A stretch of 63,407 nt of DNA, filler included, from Reticulomyxa filosa (taxonomy: Eukaryota > Protista > Foraminifera), in assembly GCA_000512085.1 (NCBI GenBank). It is 25 parts of 25 records of this genome, joined end to end, with 100 filler letters (N's around TTAATTAATTAA, not from the genome) between each part and the next. Parts side by side here need not be neighbours in the genome. Positions count along the whole stretch, not along the records: positions 35,493 to 46,229 come from ASPP01034871.1; positions 46,330 to 49,532 come from ASPP01011522.1; positions 49,633 to 51,112 come from ASPP01025581.1; 22 more parts are not named here. The stretch is one strand, 5' to 3'. Made by a program: the position numbers and the translations under genes. Numbering within the stretch: position 1 is the stretch's first letter; the number at the start of each line of letters is the position of its first letter. A model generated the notes under the pieces. The model did not search any database. It worked only from the letters and a program-made list of their open reading frames with translations, and was not told the DNA's origin. Positions 37,961 to 51,212 of this stretch are shown here, piece by piece.

Positions 37961-40900
37961 ATGTCAGGAGCTGGAATATTAGCAAATTGGAACGATTTGT
38001 GTGGGTCGACTGCATTGGATGATGAGAGATTTGAGAAATTGAAGCATTTTGTGTCTTCAACGGCACATGAGAGACATGTACAAAGAGGAAAGGACAATGC
38101 AAAAAGCAACAAAAAACAAAACAAAGCAAAACAAAAATAAAAACAAAAAAGGGTGTTGATACAAGCGTACTTAAGAAAACTGAGCCAATGGAGCTAAAAG
38201 GATTGACAAACAATCACCCAATGAAAAAAAGATTCGAGAAAGAAAATGAAGAAGGCGAATTCGGCAAACATTTTACATATGTAGGGTATTTCAAAAAACA
38301 AATGACAGAGCAAAGAGCAGCTAAGCCACAACTGCCAAAACAGTTTTGTCCTTTACCATTGTGATTTCTATTGAAATTGAAGGAGAAGCAGGAGAGGGGG
38401 GGAGGAGGAAAAAAAAAAAAATGGACACTCTCCACCTCACAAATAAAACTTGAATTGCACAGACAACAAGAGATGCGAAAACACTTAATGGAACAAAAAG
38501 AAAGCCTGGAACGCACACTAAGTACCATCGAAGAATACCAAAGTATCTTGAACGAGCTGTCCGAAATTTATCACAAAAACGAGACAACGTGTCAAGAAAT
38601 CCACTCACAGTGCACGACTTTGATTGAAGAGCAGGTGATTTATTCAATGTTGTTTTGATACATATATGCATATATGCATATATGGACATATATATATATG
38701 TATATGAATATAGATATGTATATGTGTATCAAAACAATAATAATAATAATAATAATAATGATAACGAAAAATAAACAATACGTAATAGCAAGAGTTGAGC
38801 AATCGTGCAAATCAAATGCGCGAAATTGTGCAATATTTCCAAGATTACAACACGTTGCGAGCGAAGTTGGCCTCGTTCACATCGACTGGCAACCAAGGCC
38901 AAATGCCAAACTCCACCGCGCAAATCTCCCCTTTGCAGTCGTCCATTCGCCAGACTGTGGACGTGTTGTCGTCCGAATTTGCCTCTGTCGTTGTGCGAAT
39001 TGATGAATGCATTGATTTTCTATCCACTCATGTAATGATTTAGGAAACAAAAGTTATTTGTTTTGTCTTTTGTTTTTTATTTTGTTACTTTTTCAATGCG
39101 AAGAACAATTGCTATTGTTTATTTATTATTGTCATTACTGTCATTATTATCATTATTTTTTATTTATGGTTATTATAAATATGTGTCTCCATTTAAAAAA
39201 AAAAAAAAAAAAAGAACGAATATCAAGAGTCGGCTCAATATTTGGCTCAATACAAAGACCTTCGCAATCAATGTTTGTCGTTAATTCGCATATGCATAAT
39301 GGAGCGTGTGAAGCAAGCAAAGACTGAGACATGGAACAAGATGTTGCTAACCAAAACAAAAGCGAAAATGCGAGCAATGGACAACAGCTGTTGAACAGCA
39401 ACGAGGAAGGCCAGCTGAGTGTCTTGGAATTTCGCGCCGCCGCGAAAGTGTTGCGTCCCGTCATCGAGTTGGTCGAGCGTATGGCTTTGAGATCATCCGA
39501 GTTTCAATCATATATGAATATATATATATATATATATACATATATACATATATATATGTGTATATATGTATATATATTCATATGATTTGTAAATGTTGGT
39601 GTCTTATTTAGGTACGGAAGGTTATTAAACTCGTTGCAAGAGAATATATTGCAAATTCGTGAGCAATTTTCTTATGACCGTGTGGAGAAGATAATTCAGA
39701 TAGACGCGAAAACAAAGGGATTGGCGGAGCTAGTGCGAGGGTCATGCGGCTACGTGATGATGCTGTGTTTGCGAGAGCGGCAAATATTTGCCGAGTTTTT
39801 TGACTTGCAGTTCAAGCTGGCTTCGACCAATCGAACCACCTCCACCACCGCCACTACAGTGTCCAAAGGCTTGCGCGACGTTCTGTCCAGTCGCAACAAA
39901 GCGACCACACCGTTGTCATCAACAGCAACAGCAATAGCAACAACAACTAGCCCAGTTCATTCCACCGACCACAGCCATGTCCAAAAACCTTACGCACTTT
40001 TGTCTGGTACAATCAGTGGTGAACAAAGGATTAAGTTTCGTTTCTTTTTTTTTTTTTTTTTTGTATAACTTTGTGTCGCAGACAAATGTTTAATTGAATG
40101 GAATTAGCATGTTGTTGGCACACATTTGCCAAATGCTGTACTCACATTTGCGGCCGTGCATAATTCATGAGTCGAATATGCAGGTTCTGTGCGATGTGAT
40201 CCACATCCTCCAATCTGAAATCCAAGAGCAGTTACAAAGTCTGCAAATGCGAAATACCAAAGGCCAAACGATGGACCAAGACAACGAGAAAGATAAAGAT
40301 AAAGACAAAGACAAAGACAAAGATAAGAATAATAACAATAACGATAACAATGATGAGAACGAAAATTCATCTAAATCAGTAGGCTTAACCCTCGTCGGAG
40401 AGATGAAAGAGTTTGAAACGACAATCGTTCGAATTGTCAAGGACGCACAGGAAAGACTTGTGTATCGCGCTCAAATATTCGTACGCGATCACATTCAGCT
40501 GTACAAGATCACGGCCAAAGACTTGAATTACCATCAGCTGCTCATCGAACTGTATGGGCCAGAACAAGGAAAAGCAACTGAAAAGGAACAAGTTGAACAG
40601 GAAAAGGAACAAGAGAAGCAAAAAGAAGAGTTCGAAGAAAAAGAGAGCAAAAAAATCACTCCCAAATACAGCGATTGGTGTCCCGTCTTGGAACAAACAC
40701 TCTCTGCTTTGTCCAAGATATATCCTGTTTTAAATGTAAGCAAGTAACATTTTTGTACGGTTTAAAAAAAACTTGGTTTTTGAGAGTAACACTCGTATAA
40801 TATCTGTTTCCAATTCTATCCAAAAAATTTTTGTGTAATGCTCTCTCTCCCCCCCCCCCTCCTCTTTCTTTTCTTGCATAGGCGTCTGTGTTCGAGTATC

Positions 40901-41713
40901 TCGCATATGAGGCCGTCTCCAGCTGTGTACACACACTTGTGGAAATCGCTCGAAAGATTGCGTCGGAACAGTCCAGTGTTCACGGACATTTGTATTTGAT
41001 TAAGCATTTGCTCATTTTGCGAGAGCAGATATCCCCTTTTGATGTTGACTTTTGCATTGAGGAAACAACGCTGGACTTTGGCCACATGACGCAGTACTTG
41101 CGGGATCTGCTCTCTTCGAATTACACGTACTCTCTGGTCGAGGTACTGACTCGCAGTATTCCGACAGTCAACAAACAGCAGATCAACAGCAAGCAAACGA
41201 TGGAACATGTACTGAAGAAGGCGTGCTTGTCGTTTATACAAACTCAAACTCATTTGTTGGTGGGACAGCTTATCTCTTTAATGAAAGAGTACAAATCCAA
41301 TCAACAACAACATCAACAAGACAACAACACCTCCATTCAACAAACGGAGCAAGAACGAGACAGTTTGAAACAATTATTTTTTTCTTTTTCTGTTGTATTG
41401 CTGTGTTTTATAGTAAGTCACTCATGTGATATCTTTTGCTGTTGTTTCAATAGAGCTCTTGGAACGAGTCAATGCTATCGTTAGCGTCGCTTCAAACAAA
41501 GCACTTCTTGAAAAAGTTACTCAGTTGAAAGGGCTGATGGACTTGTATTTACAAAATCAAAACACACAAAAAACGTTGCTCACTCCTGTCATTGGAAACA
41601 TTCAAAGTGCTTTTATTCAACTGAAGGTAATGGTTGCCGAATCTGGGCTTCGTAACAGTACTCCTTTGGCACTTTGTGATGATTTAAATGGCCAATTACA
41701 ACGCTTGTGTTAG
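37961..41713 (+). CDS. COG3: Conserved oligomeric Golgi complex subunit 3 (Sec34), apparently complete, about 9 exons
   Basis: RIDECIDFLSTH, EFRAAAKVLRPVIE, LVRGSCGYVMMLCLRE, LRPCIIHE, DAQERLVYRAQ, WCPVLEQTL, GHLYLIKHLLILREQISPF. Introns 38078-38151, 38635-38788, 39032-39214, 39501-39611, 40035-40107, 40736-40881 and 41363-41453. Confidence 0.95.
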
Positions 41714-41848
41714 TTGCTGGGTTTTTATTTTTTTACTCTTTCTCAAGCTGATGTTTTTTTTAAAAAAATTTTGCTTGCTGAAGAAGTCGGAATTTTGTTG
41801 AAAAGAAAACTTTAAAAAGAACATAAAAAGGATACAACTCCCTTTCTT

Positions 41849-44800
41849 TTAGCAACTCTCTATAATGTCTAACATTTCTTTCCGCAACTTATCTATATCA
41901 ACTTCTTGAAAACGATTGTACGCTACCTCTAATCGCTCCTTGCCACGGCCATGGGTCTATCACAAGCGAACCAAGTACACACATAAACACTTAGTCGATG
42001 AAAGAAGCCATTTCGACAGAACTTGTGAGAGGCACAATGGACCTTTTGGGAAAACTTGAAAATACTTAAGAACAAATAGCCCACAAGCCCACCCATTGGA
42101 TTGTTGAGGACAATTTGCGGAATACATAGGACAATTATCCTTTGTCAATTCAATTTTGGAGTGTCCACAATCGACCCGCGTCAATTGCAAATAAAGCCGA
42201 ATGTAATTGGCGACTTGAATTCGATGTCTTGTCCTCAAGGAATCAAATATGACAATGCAACACTTACTGATTTCCCCAATATTTTGATCATGATTGGAGC
42301 CAATCGAATTTGGGAAGCATATTAAAACCAACATCCAATGACGATCTACACAAACGGGCAAAAAAATATAGTCTTTTTCACATAAACTCATGTGTGTAGT
42401 GCATTTGTCCCAGTTTTTTGACACATTTTTTGTATCAATTCGTTTGAGAACGACACTCGGATAATACAATGTGTGAAGAATTATGCATCGTTTGGACAAC
42501 TCTTCACTGAATCCGCAAAAGATGGAATGGAGATACCAATCAATCAACGAGTCATTCAAAAAGCCAAGTTTATCTAATCGGTTTTTTTCTTCTATATAGA
42601 TGTACGCACTAAATGTGTGTTTCTTGCAAACAAACTTAAAATAAGGTTGGTTTTTACAACAATTCTTGTTCGTGGTTATGAGATGATTTTCTTTTTCTTC
42701 TCTTTTGTCCTCGGCGTTTGCTTGTTGCTCTTGCCTACTTTTGTTTGAGTGAAGTGTTTGCAAGAGATCCGGTATATCTTCGTCGTCACTATTCACTAAA
42801 TTTATTATCTTTTCGTGACTTATTGTTGCTGTACTTTTTTTCTCTTTTTCTTTTTCCTCTTTCCTCGAACACGCATAAACGTCGTTTATATCTGTCCCTT
42901 GCCTTGGTTTTCTCATGTTGCTTGCCAATTTGGGGCGTTTTAAAGGGGGTTGCATTTGGGAGAATATATTCTTTCTTTTCGTTGCTCTCATTACTGTTGA
43001 TTATAGCTTTTTTGGTTGATTTTTTTAATTTAATCCCTTTTTAATTTTCGGACTTAAACGATAGTTTTTTTTTTGGTATGCTGATGCAATAAAAGACGTC
43101 AATTGTTCGCTTCAGATTAAATGAAAGTATTTTGCAAACATGCAACTGCAATAATATACTCAGGAGAAAAATGAAGACAAACAATTACGGAAAAATGGTG
43201 TCAGCCAAAGAATCATCGCTGACACTGTCAGTGAAATCATTCAACTCCTCCACATATGCACGGAGCATGGAGTTTCTTTGTTTGGTTTTTTTGCTGACTG
43301 GCGTTTTTGTCAAGATTAAATATTTGTTTTTTCTTTTTTTTGCACTACTTCTATTTGCAAAGCAAGCCAAATACGTATACTTGTCATTTGAAATTTACAA
43401 AATGCGGAAATGAATAATAACAACAAAAAATACCTTTTGTTAGTTCATTTTTTTTTGGAACGTAGTTATTTTTTTTGAGTTTCTTCAATGGAAAGTCAGG
43501 AGTACTATCTGTAGTGTGAGTAGGTGATAAATTGCGTTTTTTGGGTTTTTTTACGCTGTGATCGACTGTCTTTGCCGGCGAATGCACTTTCAAATTAGTC
43601 AATGGCTCATCGTCACTGTCCGCCAAAATACGTTGGTGGCGAGGACGCATTGGCTGCATTATTTCATTGCATGTGTGTGTGTGTATATGTAACGTATGTT
43701 TTTGTTTTTACATTTTGTTTGATGTTTTGGTTTCCTTTGAATGCAAAAAAAAAAAAAATGGTAATGCAATACAATCTCAGCAAAAAAATATACAACCACA
43801 AACAAAAAGTGTTTCGCACTAGAAAATGATTAGGGTCAGTAGCAGCTTTCCCCACGATGTGTGGATTAGACACTGCTTTTTCGAGGTCTTTGGGCTGTCG
43901 ATTAGTTTCCTGATCGGGTGTGAGATAACGAAAATGGTCATGTTTGGGACTGGGATTAGGATCAGGATTAGAAATGGAAATGGCAATAGAATTGGGATTG
44001 GGATTGGGATTGGGATTGGGATTGAGATCGAGAGGCAATGGTGTATCACTGTTCCTTACTAATATTGGATGTTGGTCCTATATGTCAATGGCATTGCAAC
44101 ACACACACACACACATACACACCCCCAGTTCCCAGTTGCCTCTTCCTTAACTCGTTATATTCTGTAGTTCCATTCCACAGACCCAACTATACGTACACAC
44201 AGTACAAAACTTGCGAAGCAACCGCATTGACTGGGCTTGGATTTTGATCCGACACATAGTCAGAGTGATTTGGCTCCGTTGCTTTTTTGTCGTCCTCTGT
44301 GCTCTCCGATGGCGTGTTCATTGTTGTTGCAACAGTTGGTTGGGTTGTCTTTGCTTCACTCGATTCTTTCGCGTTTCTTTATTTGTTTATTTTTATTTTT
44401 ATTTTTTTTATTCATTTTATTTTATTTTATTTGATCGCTTATCCATATATCACATTTTATTTCTGATTTGTTGTTATTGTTGTCATTATTTGCCTGTTTT
44501 AAAAACAAACCCAAGAGTGTCAGAGGCAGAGGCAGAGACAGAGACAATAGGCAAGGAGGATGACGTGGGATCTGTAACACCGGCGTCATTGGCAGTGTGC
44601 TGACCATTTGGTACGTCGGCACCGTTCGACAACGTTGCAACCGTGTTGCTTGAGGCAACTTTGATGATTCTCTTTTTTCGTAATTTGCTTGTGATTCATT
44701 TGAGTTTTGTCATTCCAGCACAAACATATACAAATATATATATATATATATATATACATACATGCATATATATATGTATATATGTACATATGTATATAAA

Positions 44801-45731
44801 CGTGTTTGCACGTGCAAAGAATAAAGAAGGTCTTTTGCTTGGGTATACACACAAACAAAACAAAAAAATAAAAATAAACTTCTTCAATCGCCTCGTGGTG
44901 ATAGAATTAGTTTCTGATTCTTTGCCATCATCCTGTTAACCCATTGAAAACGGGAAACACAAGTATTTGCAAGCGTATCGTATGTACAAGACAAAAGCAA
45001 AAGCAAAAGCAAAAAGAAAAAAAATAAACGGAAGATTCTAAAGGTGGCATAAGAGGAGCGACGAAAGAGAAAGACGAGGGATGAGGCAAGAGGACGGGGG
45101 ATGGTGGAGTTTGAAATCGAAGAATGATACACCAGGGCAAAGCACTGGAAAAAGTAGCTTCGTAATTGTCTGAGGGACTGGTCAAGCCGATCCCATAAAA
45201 GATTGCCAACGCAATGTGATGTCCTTGGTATCGCTTCAGAAACTTGCAAATCTGTTGCAGTTTTTCGAAGCCCTCGCTGTTGTGCTCTTTCATTGGCATG
45301 TAAGGCAGTCGACAAACAAATATGCATTTTTTCTATCCAAATGTGTAAGTTTTTTGTCATATTGATAGGGGGAAACAAAGCAGTGTAAACCATGCAATCA
45401 CCAACAAAACAAGGAAGAAAAAGAAGAAGAAGAAGAAGAAGAAGAAGGATATGACTTGAGTAGAGTTTGCTGTATTGTACAACACAGGATAGCAATAGAA
45501 TCCGTGTTCAAAGGGAACCATCAAGTCAGTGGATCCAATCGGCAGATTGGATTTCATTTCCATTTGATTGGATTTCCAAAGTTGGTATTGGAGCAACAAT
45601 TCCGGGTTATCAAAATATTTTTGAAACAATGATTCTGGCATTGCTTGACTGTGGATCATTTTGGATATCGCATTGTCATTCCAAAATCCTCTATATGTAT
45701 ATATGTATGAATATATATATATATATATATT

Positions 45732-45766
<35 letters not shown>

Positions 45767-46193
45767 ATAACTTAAAAAGAGACATCAATTCACAAAGTGT
45801 GGATTCGATGAAATTGGTTTGATGAAAGGCATTGATAAAATCAGAAGACAAAAACGGATATCGACAGCAGTGATAGATCAACACATTAATCCATGCCATC
45901 ATTGTCACTTTTGCGCTGGGCTCGACCACGGTGGCGAGTGACGCAAAAGGTCGCGGCAGGTTGAGCATGTCCCACAGGTTGCGAGGTTGCTGCTGCTTGA
46001 GTAGATTGCTGTTCATCCAGTAGTGCCAGTGCTGTGAAAACTGATTGGAATCCATGGTGATGTAGCTCCCATTTGTATTGCTGTAATATCCGCCAAGGCC
46101 TGACCGAATCAAATGCGGTCGCAGGCATTCGCTTAAGTATTGTACATGCCCATCGCACTTGGTACCCCCAATTCCCCAATAGTACATTTCCAT
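41849..46193 (-). CDS. Ulp1/SENP (peptidase C48) SUMO protease with a long disordered linker and an unassigned N-terminal domain
   Basis: FLNDSLIDWYL, HWMLVLI, FDSL and QQSNGWACG give the H-D-C triad. Upstream exons appear to splice in frame up to the contig edge (by eye). Confidence 0.8.
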
Positions 46194-46345
46194 ACTTGTC
46201 TTGAAATTTTTTCTTTTTTTTTTTTTTTTNNNNNNNNNNNNNNNNNNNNNNNNNNNNNNNNNNNNNNNNNNNNTTAATTAATTAANNNNNNNNNNNNNNN
46301 NNNNNNNNNNNNNNNNNNNNNNNNNNNNNAAAAAAAAAAACACAC

Positions 46346-47308
46346 CTTATTCTGAGCAGTTGACATGCGTCAGTGTTTGTAATGGCCTTCAATCGATAAG
46401 CGCGACAATCGATCTGCCATTGGTTTTGTAACTTATCGAAGCGTTCAATATCTTTGTAAACATTGCTGGGACAGACGAGTAGGATGCGAACCCTGGCCAT
46501 TTTGCTGGACAGCATATTGAGAGTGGTCAAGAAGCGCTGCAGCTGTTTGTCTCGAAACTCCAAGTGGTCCAAAATGAACAGCGTGCCGAGATGGCATTTT
46601 TTTTTAATTTGTGCGAGAATGGCCTCTTCTTCAATCGGCTTGAATACAATGCGTCGCGAGCAGACGGTTCCTTTTCTGCGGTCTTTCCAAAACTCTCTGG
46701 GAAACTCTGTGCTATTGCCAAACAACTTCTTGGCCTCGTCAAAGATATCCAACCCAAGACGCTGTGTCAGTGTGTCTTGTTGGTTTTTATGCGCCGCGAA
46801 CAAGATAAAACGACTTTGGTCCTGCTTGTCAACGTAATGAATAAGCGAAGGGGTTTCGCGAAAATATTGTGCGCAAATGCGCCGCTGCAAATCGTCAGGG
46901 TAGTCCATCCAGCGTTGGTGTTTGGCGCTGCGATACTGGAACTTGCCCGCGTCCATGCCATTACCCATGCACGTGGCGACATATCCAAATAGACGATCCA
47001 AGTCGGTCAGCTGCTTCAGATCGACCCACCACACGCCACCGGGGAACAAAGGACTAGACCAAGGACGGGCAAAAAAATGCGCGACATTGCGGGCGACCGT
47101 GGTGGCCCCGACAAACTTGGGACCGCATAGTACAATCACATCCTGAGACTTGAGCGACTCGGGATGGAGTAAGCGAACCAAGTTGCGAATGTCGTCCTGT
47201 CTGCCGCATATATTTTTCATTACGTTGATAGCATCATGAGCAAAATTGGTGGGTGTTTCAGGAACAGTTAATTGCATGGGTTCTTTATTATTATTATTAT
47301 TATTATTA

Positions 47309-47366
<58 letters not shown>

Positions 47367-48566
47367 TTGTATTGTTAGTAAGAACCACGGGGACCTCATC
47401 CAAAATTTTTTCCTTATGGTCCCCTTTTCCAAGCAACAGAAACTTCTTGCTATGTTCATGCGGTGCATCCGGCGTGCAGCAGGACATGACCTGGAAGCCG
47501 GAACACGTCTCTGGATGATGTGTCTTGCAGCAACGCACGGCCTTGCAGTAGGGACACCAGCACTCGTCTTTATGTCCCTCATGACGACAGCAGCAGTCGT
47601 CGTGTGGCTGCAGCTTCAGCTCCGCCTGCGCGTTCTTGAAGGCCTCCAACACCGTGTTATGGTTGCCCAGCAGATTCACGTAAAACGTCTGCGCAAACGA
47701 TATGGCGATCTTGTCGTGAATTTGCACCAGCGAATGCACGGCCACTACGTGCGGCACGCCGGCGTCCACAAACGCCGATGCCACGTGCTCGCTGAAACAT
47801 GTCGACACAAATACCAACTTCAGCTTACACGAGCTCTCGGTCAACGCCGCTCGGATCGTGTCGCTGCTCAGCTCCTCCATGTTCGCCTTCCCGTCCTCTA
47901 CTTGCAGCACGCGCGCATTCAATCCGTGTCCGCTTATGTGCAGAATTTGCGCGCCGCGGTGGATGCACATCATCAACGACTGCTTCGTCAACACGCTAAA
48001 GTACACGCCAATCGCGCGCTGCGTGCTGCGCACTACCGACTCCAATTTCTCGTGCTCCAATCCCAAGTCCAATGGATAGCGGCTCTCTAGCGACGTCGAG
48101 TGCAGTACTGCCACGTCCACTTTTCTCTCCCAAAATGGAATGTCGTGAGGCTCGTTTGCGCTTGCACTTGCACTTGCACTTGCACTTGCACTTGCCTCTT
48201 TCTCATCCACATCAACATCTGTATTTGCTTCATTTGCATCGATATCTGCATCGCTATCAATGTCAACGTCAATGTCAATATCTGTATCTGCGTCTGCGTT
48301 AATGTCTTTGTTCCCTTTAATCTCAATGGCAGATGGCTGCGTCGTCATCTTCTTTTTCTTCTTCTTCTTCTTCTTGCGCTTCTCTTCCTTCTCGTTCAAC
48401 TGGATCAACATATCTAACAATGTCTCACGCTTCCATTCGCGCATGTCCGGTCTCGTCTTGCTCATGTTCCAAAGTGCCAATCCCAACATATGTGATGAAA
48501 AACCCATTTCCGAGCAGACCATTGCCATTTCACTGTATCCATATACATATAACATATACATATAAC

Positions 48567-48599
<33 letters not shown>

Positions 48600-49472
48600 T
48601 ATATAAAATGCTATAATATGCTTATGATGTAATCCCTTTCCTCTCACTAAAAAATTCCAATTTCTTTGTTTTGGAAAATCCAAGTCTTTTTTAAAAAAAA
48701 AAAAATAAAATGAAATACTAAACTGAAATTGTTCACATGAAATCACCCAGATCCATGGCCTTCAAGAAGAGAAGGCAGTTGATTCTGACAATCTTGTCTT
48801 TGTCTATCAATCAATCAATCAATTTCCCCCCCCCCTCCTCTCATTTCTTCCTTTCTCTCTCTCTTTCTCAATAAAGAACAACAAGGATGTAGCATTTTCA
48901 CAAATACACACAGCGTGGATTGGCTTACGTTTGCAAAGATTGTATGCTCTTTCAATCATTCCAGCTCGGACAATCACTTCTTGTATCGTATCTTTATTAA
49001 ACATTTCACATCATTACGTATTTTCATTTACTCCCCCCCCCCCCGCTTCTTTTTGTCCCTTTTTGGAAGAGAAGAGAAGAAAGATACATCGGTTTGGAAA
49101 CACGATTTTTGCGAATAATGAGAAAGTGTTGCCAATGATGCAAACCGCGTTATCTTTCACCTTTCCACATTCGATCAAACATGCCAAATTATCGGCATTT
49201 TCCCAATGGTTTTGTAACAGTCCTGTGCAAATGCATGGTGCGTGTTTTTTTTTTTTTAAAATAAGTAAGTGTAGCTTGACATTTAAGAACGTATACAAAA
49301 AAAAAAAGGGGAAAAAAAAAAAACAAAAGTCCAGTTTTTGTTTGTTTTGTCATATATACTGTATTCAATGTCAAGGTTTATAATAATTACCAGACTTTTC
49401 TTTAAAATCCTTTTTGGAGCGTGAACATAGCAGGTTCAATACGACCAAGCCAGCTTCCCGAATTTGAGTGTT
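46346..49472 (-). CDS. CHAT (caspase-like) protease fused to a STAND/NB-ARC-like NTPase, internal fragment
   Basis: QILHISGHG and LVFVSTCFS catalytic motifs, GVPHVV, then GRQDDI, VIVLCGPKFVGATT, FPGGVWWVDL and LFILDHLE. Confidence 0.85.
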
Positions 49473-51212
49473 CTGCAATTGGCACACACACATACATACA
49501 AATAATAATAATACAATTTTTTTTTTTTTTTTNNNNNNNNNNNNNNNNNNNNNNNNNNNNNNNNNNNNNNNNNNNNTTAATTAATTAANNNNNNNNNNNN
49601 NNNNNNNNNNNNNNNNNNNNNNNNNNNNNNNNAATTTTACCTGGATCCTGAGTTTTATTTTCTCACATAAATTTATTAAAAAAAAGAAAAGTAGTTTTAA
49701 GGATCCGTATAACTACAACTAGTACCATCTTAATTGTTTATATTGAAAAAAATGAAAAAAAACTAAACTATAGTTTTTAATAAGATTTTACATATTCTAA
49801 AAAGAAATTTAACAAATAAACATATTTATATATGTATTATCAATTTTATTCATTAAGAAGCAATATCAAAGATAAGTTTTTTTATTTAAAAAAGATACAA
49901 ATTTTGCAGTTTAAATATAATTTTAGTTTTTTATTAAATTTTTACTAATTGTTTCAAAAATCTAAATATTTTATTTTTTGAAAATTTTTGATATGAACTT
50001 TTTGTGTTTGTAACCAAAATTTTAGTAGTAAATTGTGATTATTTTTAAATTTAATTTCTGTATTTTCAGTGTTATGATTGTCATTATCATAAGTTAAAAT
50101 TGTAGTATGTTTTATTTTAAAAAACGATTATCGATTGTCCCAGTTTTAACGTATTGTTCCATTTGTTTCTTGAAATCTTTTATTAGTCAAAGATTATAAT
50201 CACTACTGTTTCATTTCTACTATTATTGTCAAATCGAATCTGCTTAGTAAGATTAAATGCTACCCGAAAAACCTTGCATGTCCTGCTTTCACATATACAA
50301 TATATCGGCTCTTGATTTTCACAAAATAACCCAATTTTGCTCATTAATAAAAGAAATTAAAATTGTTTTATTATATTCCGCAACGAAAATACATAATTAT
50401 CACGCTTAATCACATTTTCTGTTATATGCCAATATAATCCAACTTCCGCATACGCAACAAAAACATTGGCAAATTCAGATAACACCAGAACAAGTGTCTG
50501 TCCTTTTCCGTTGCACTTTTCGTAGAATTTGCTTGCAAGGAAGTTATTATCACTTCTGGTACAATAATGTGTCTTGATTGCACTTTTTTGGTAATAATGC
50601 TTTTAACATATTTATTTCTTCGTTGTTGACTTATACGATTCGACAAAATTATTGGCAATGTATAAAAGATATAATCTGAAAATTGCGTTTATGAAATTAC
50701 AAAAATGCAAAACAGTATTAGCACTTTATACGTATTGTCCCATTGGAATTTTTCTACTTTTTCATCGTCATTTGGTAAACCAAATTTTTTCTAAAAATAA
50801 TGAGCTGTTGCTAAATTAGTTGTTCAAATGTTAGAAAAAATTACTCGCACTTGTAAAGTAATCGATATGCCAAAACTGGACATTTTTGATCCAAGTTAAA
50901 AAAAACCATAACTGGCCAAAAACAACAATGAGAGTTTTTTCAAGTGCTACAGACTCTTTTTTTACATTGCATCTGATACTGTCGAATTGAAAAAAGTTAT
51001 TATGATTAATACAAACAAATTATTTTTTTACTGCTTTATTTTCTCAAATATTACTGATTGTTGATTGAGTTTAAATAACTTTAAATGTGCTCACTACTCT
51101 TGATTTTTCATCNNNNNNNNNNNNNNNNNNNNNNNNNNNNNNNNNNNNNNNNNNNNTTAATTAATTAANNNNNNNNNNNNNNNNNNNNNNNNNNNNNNNN
51201 NNNNNNNNNNNN

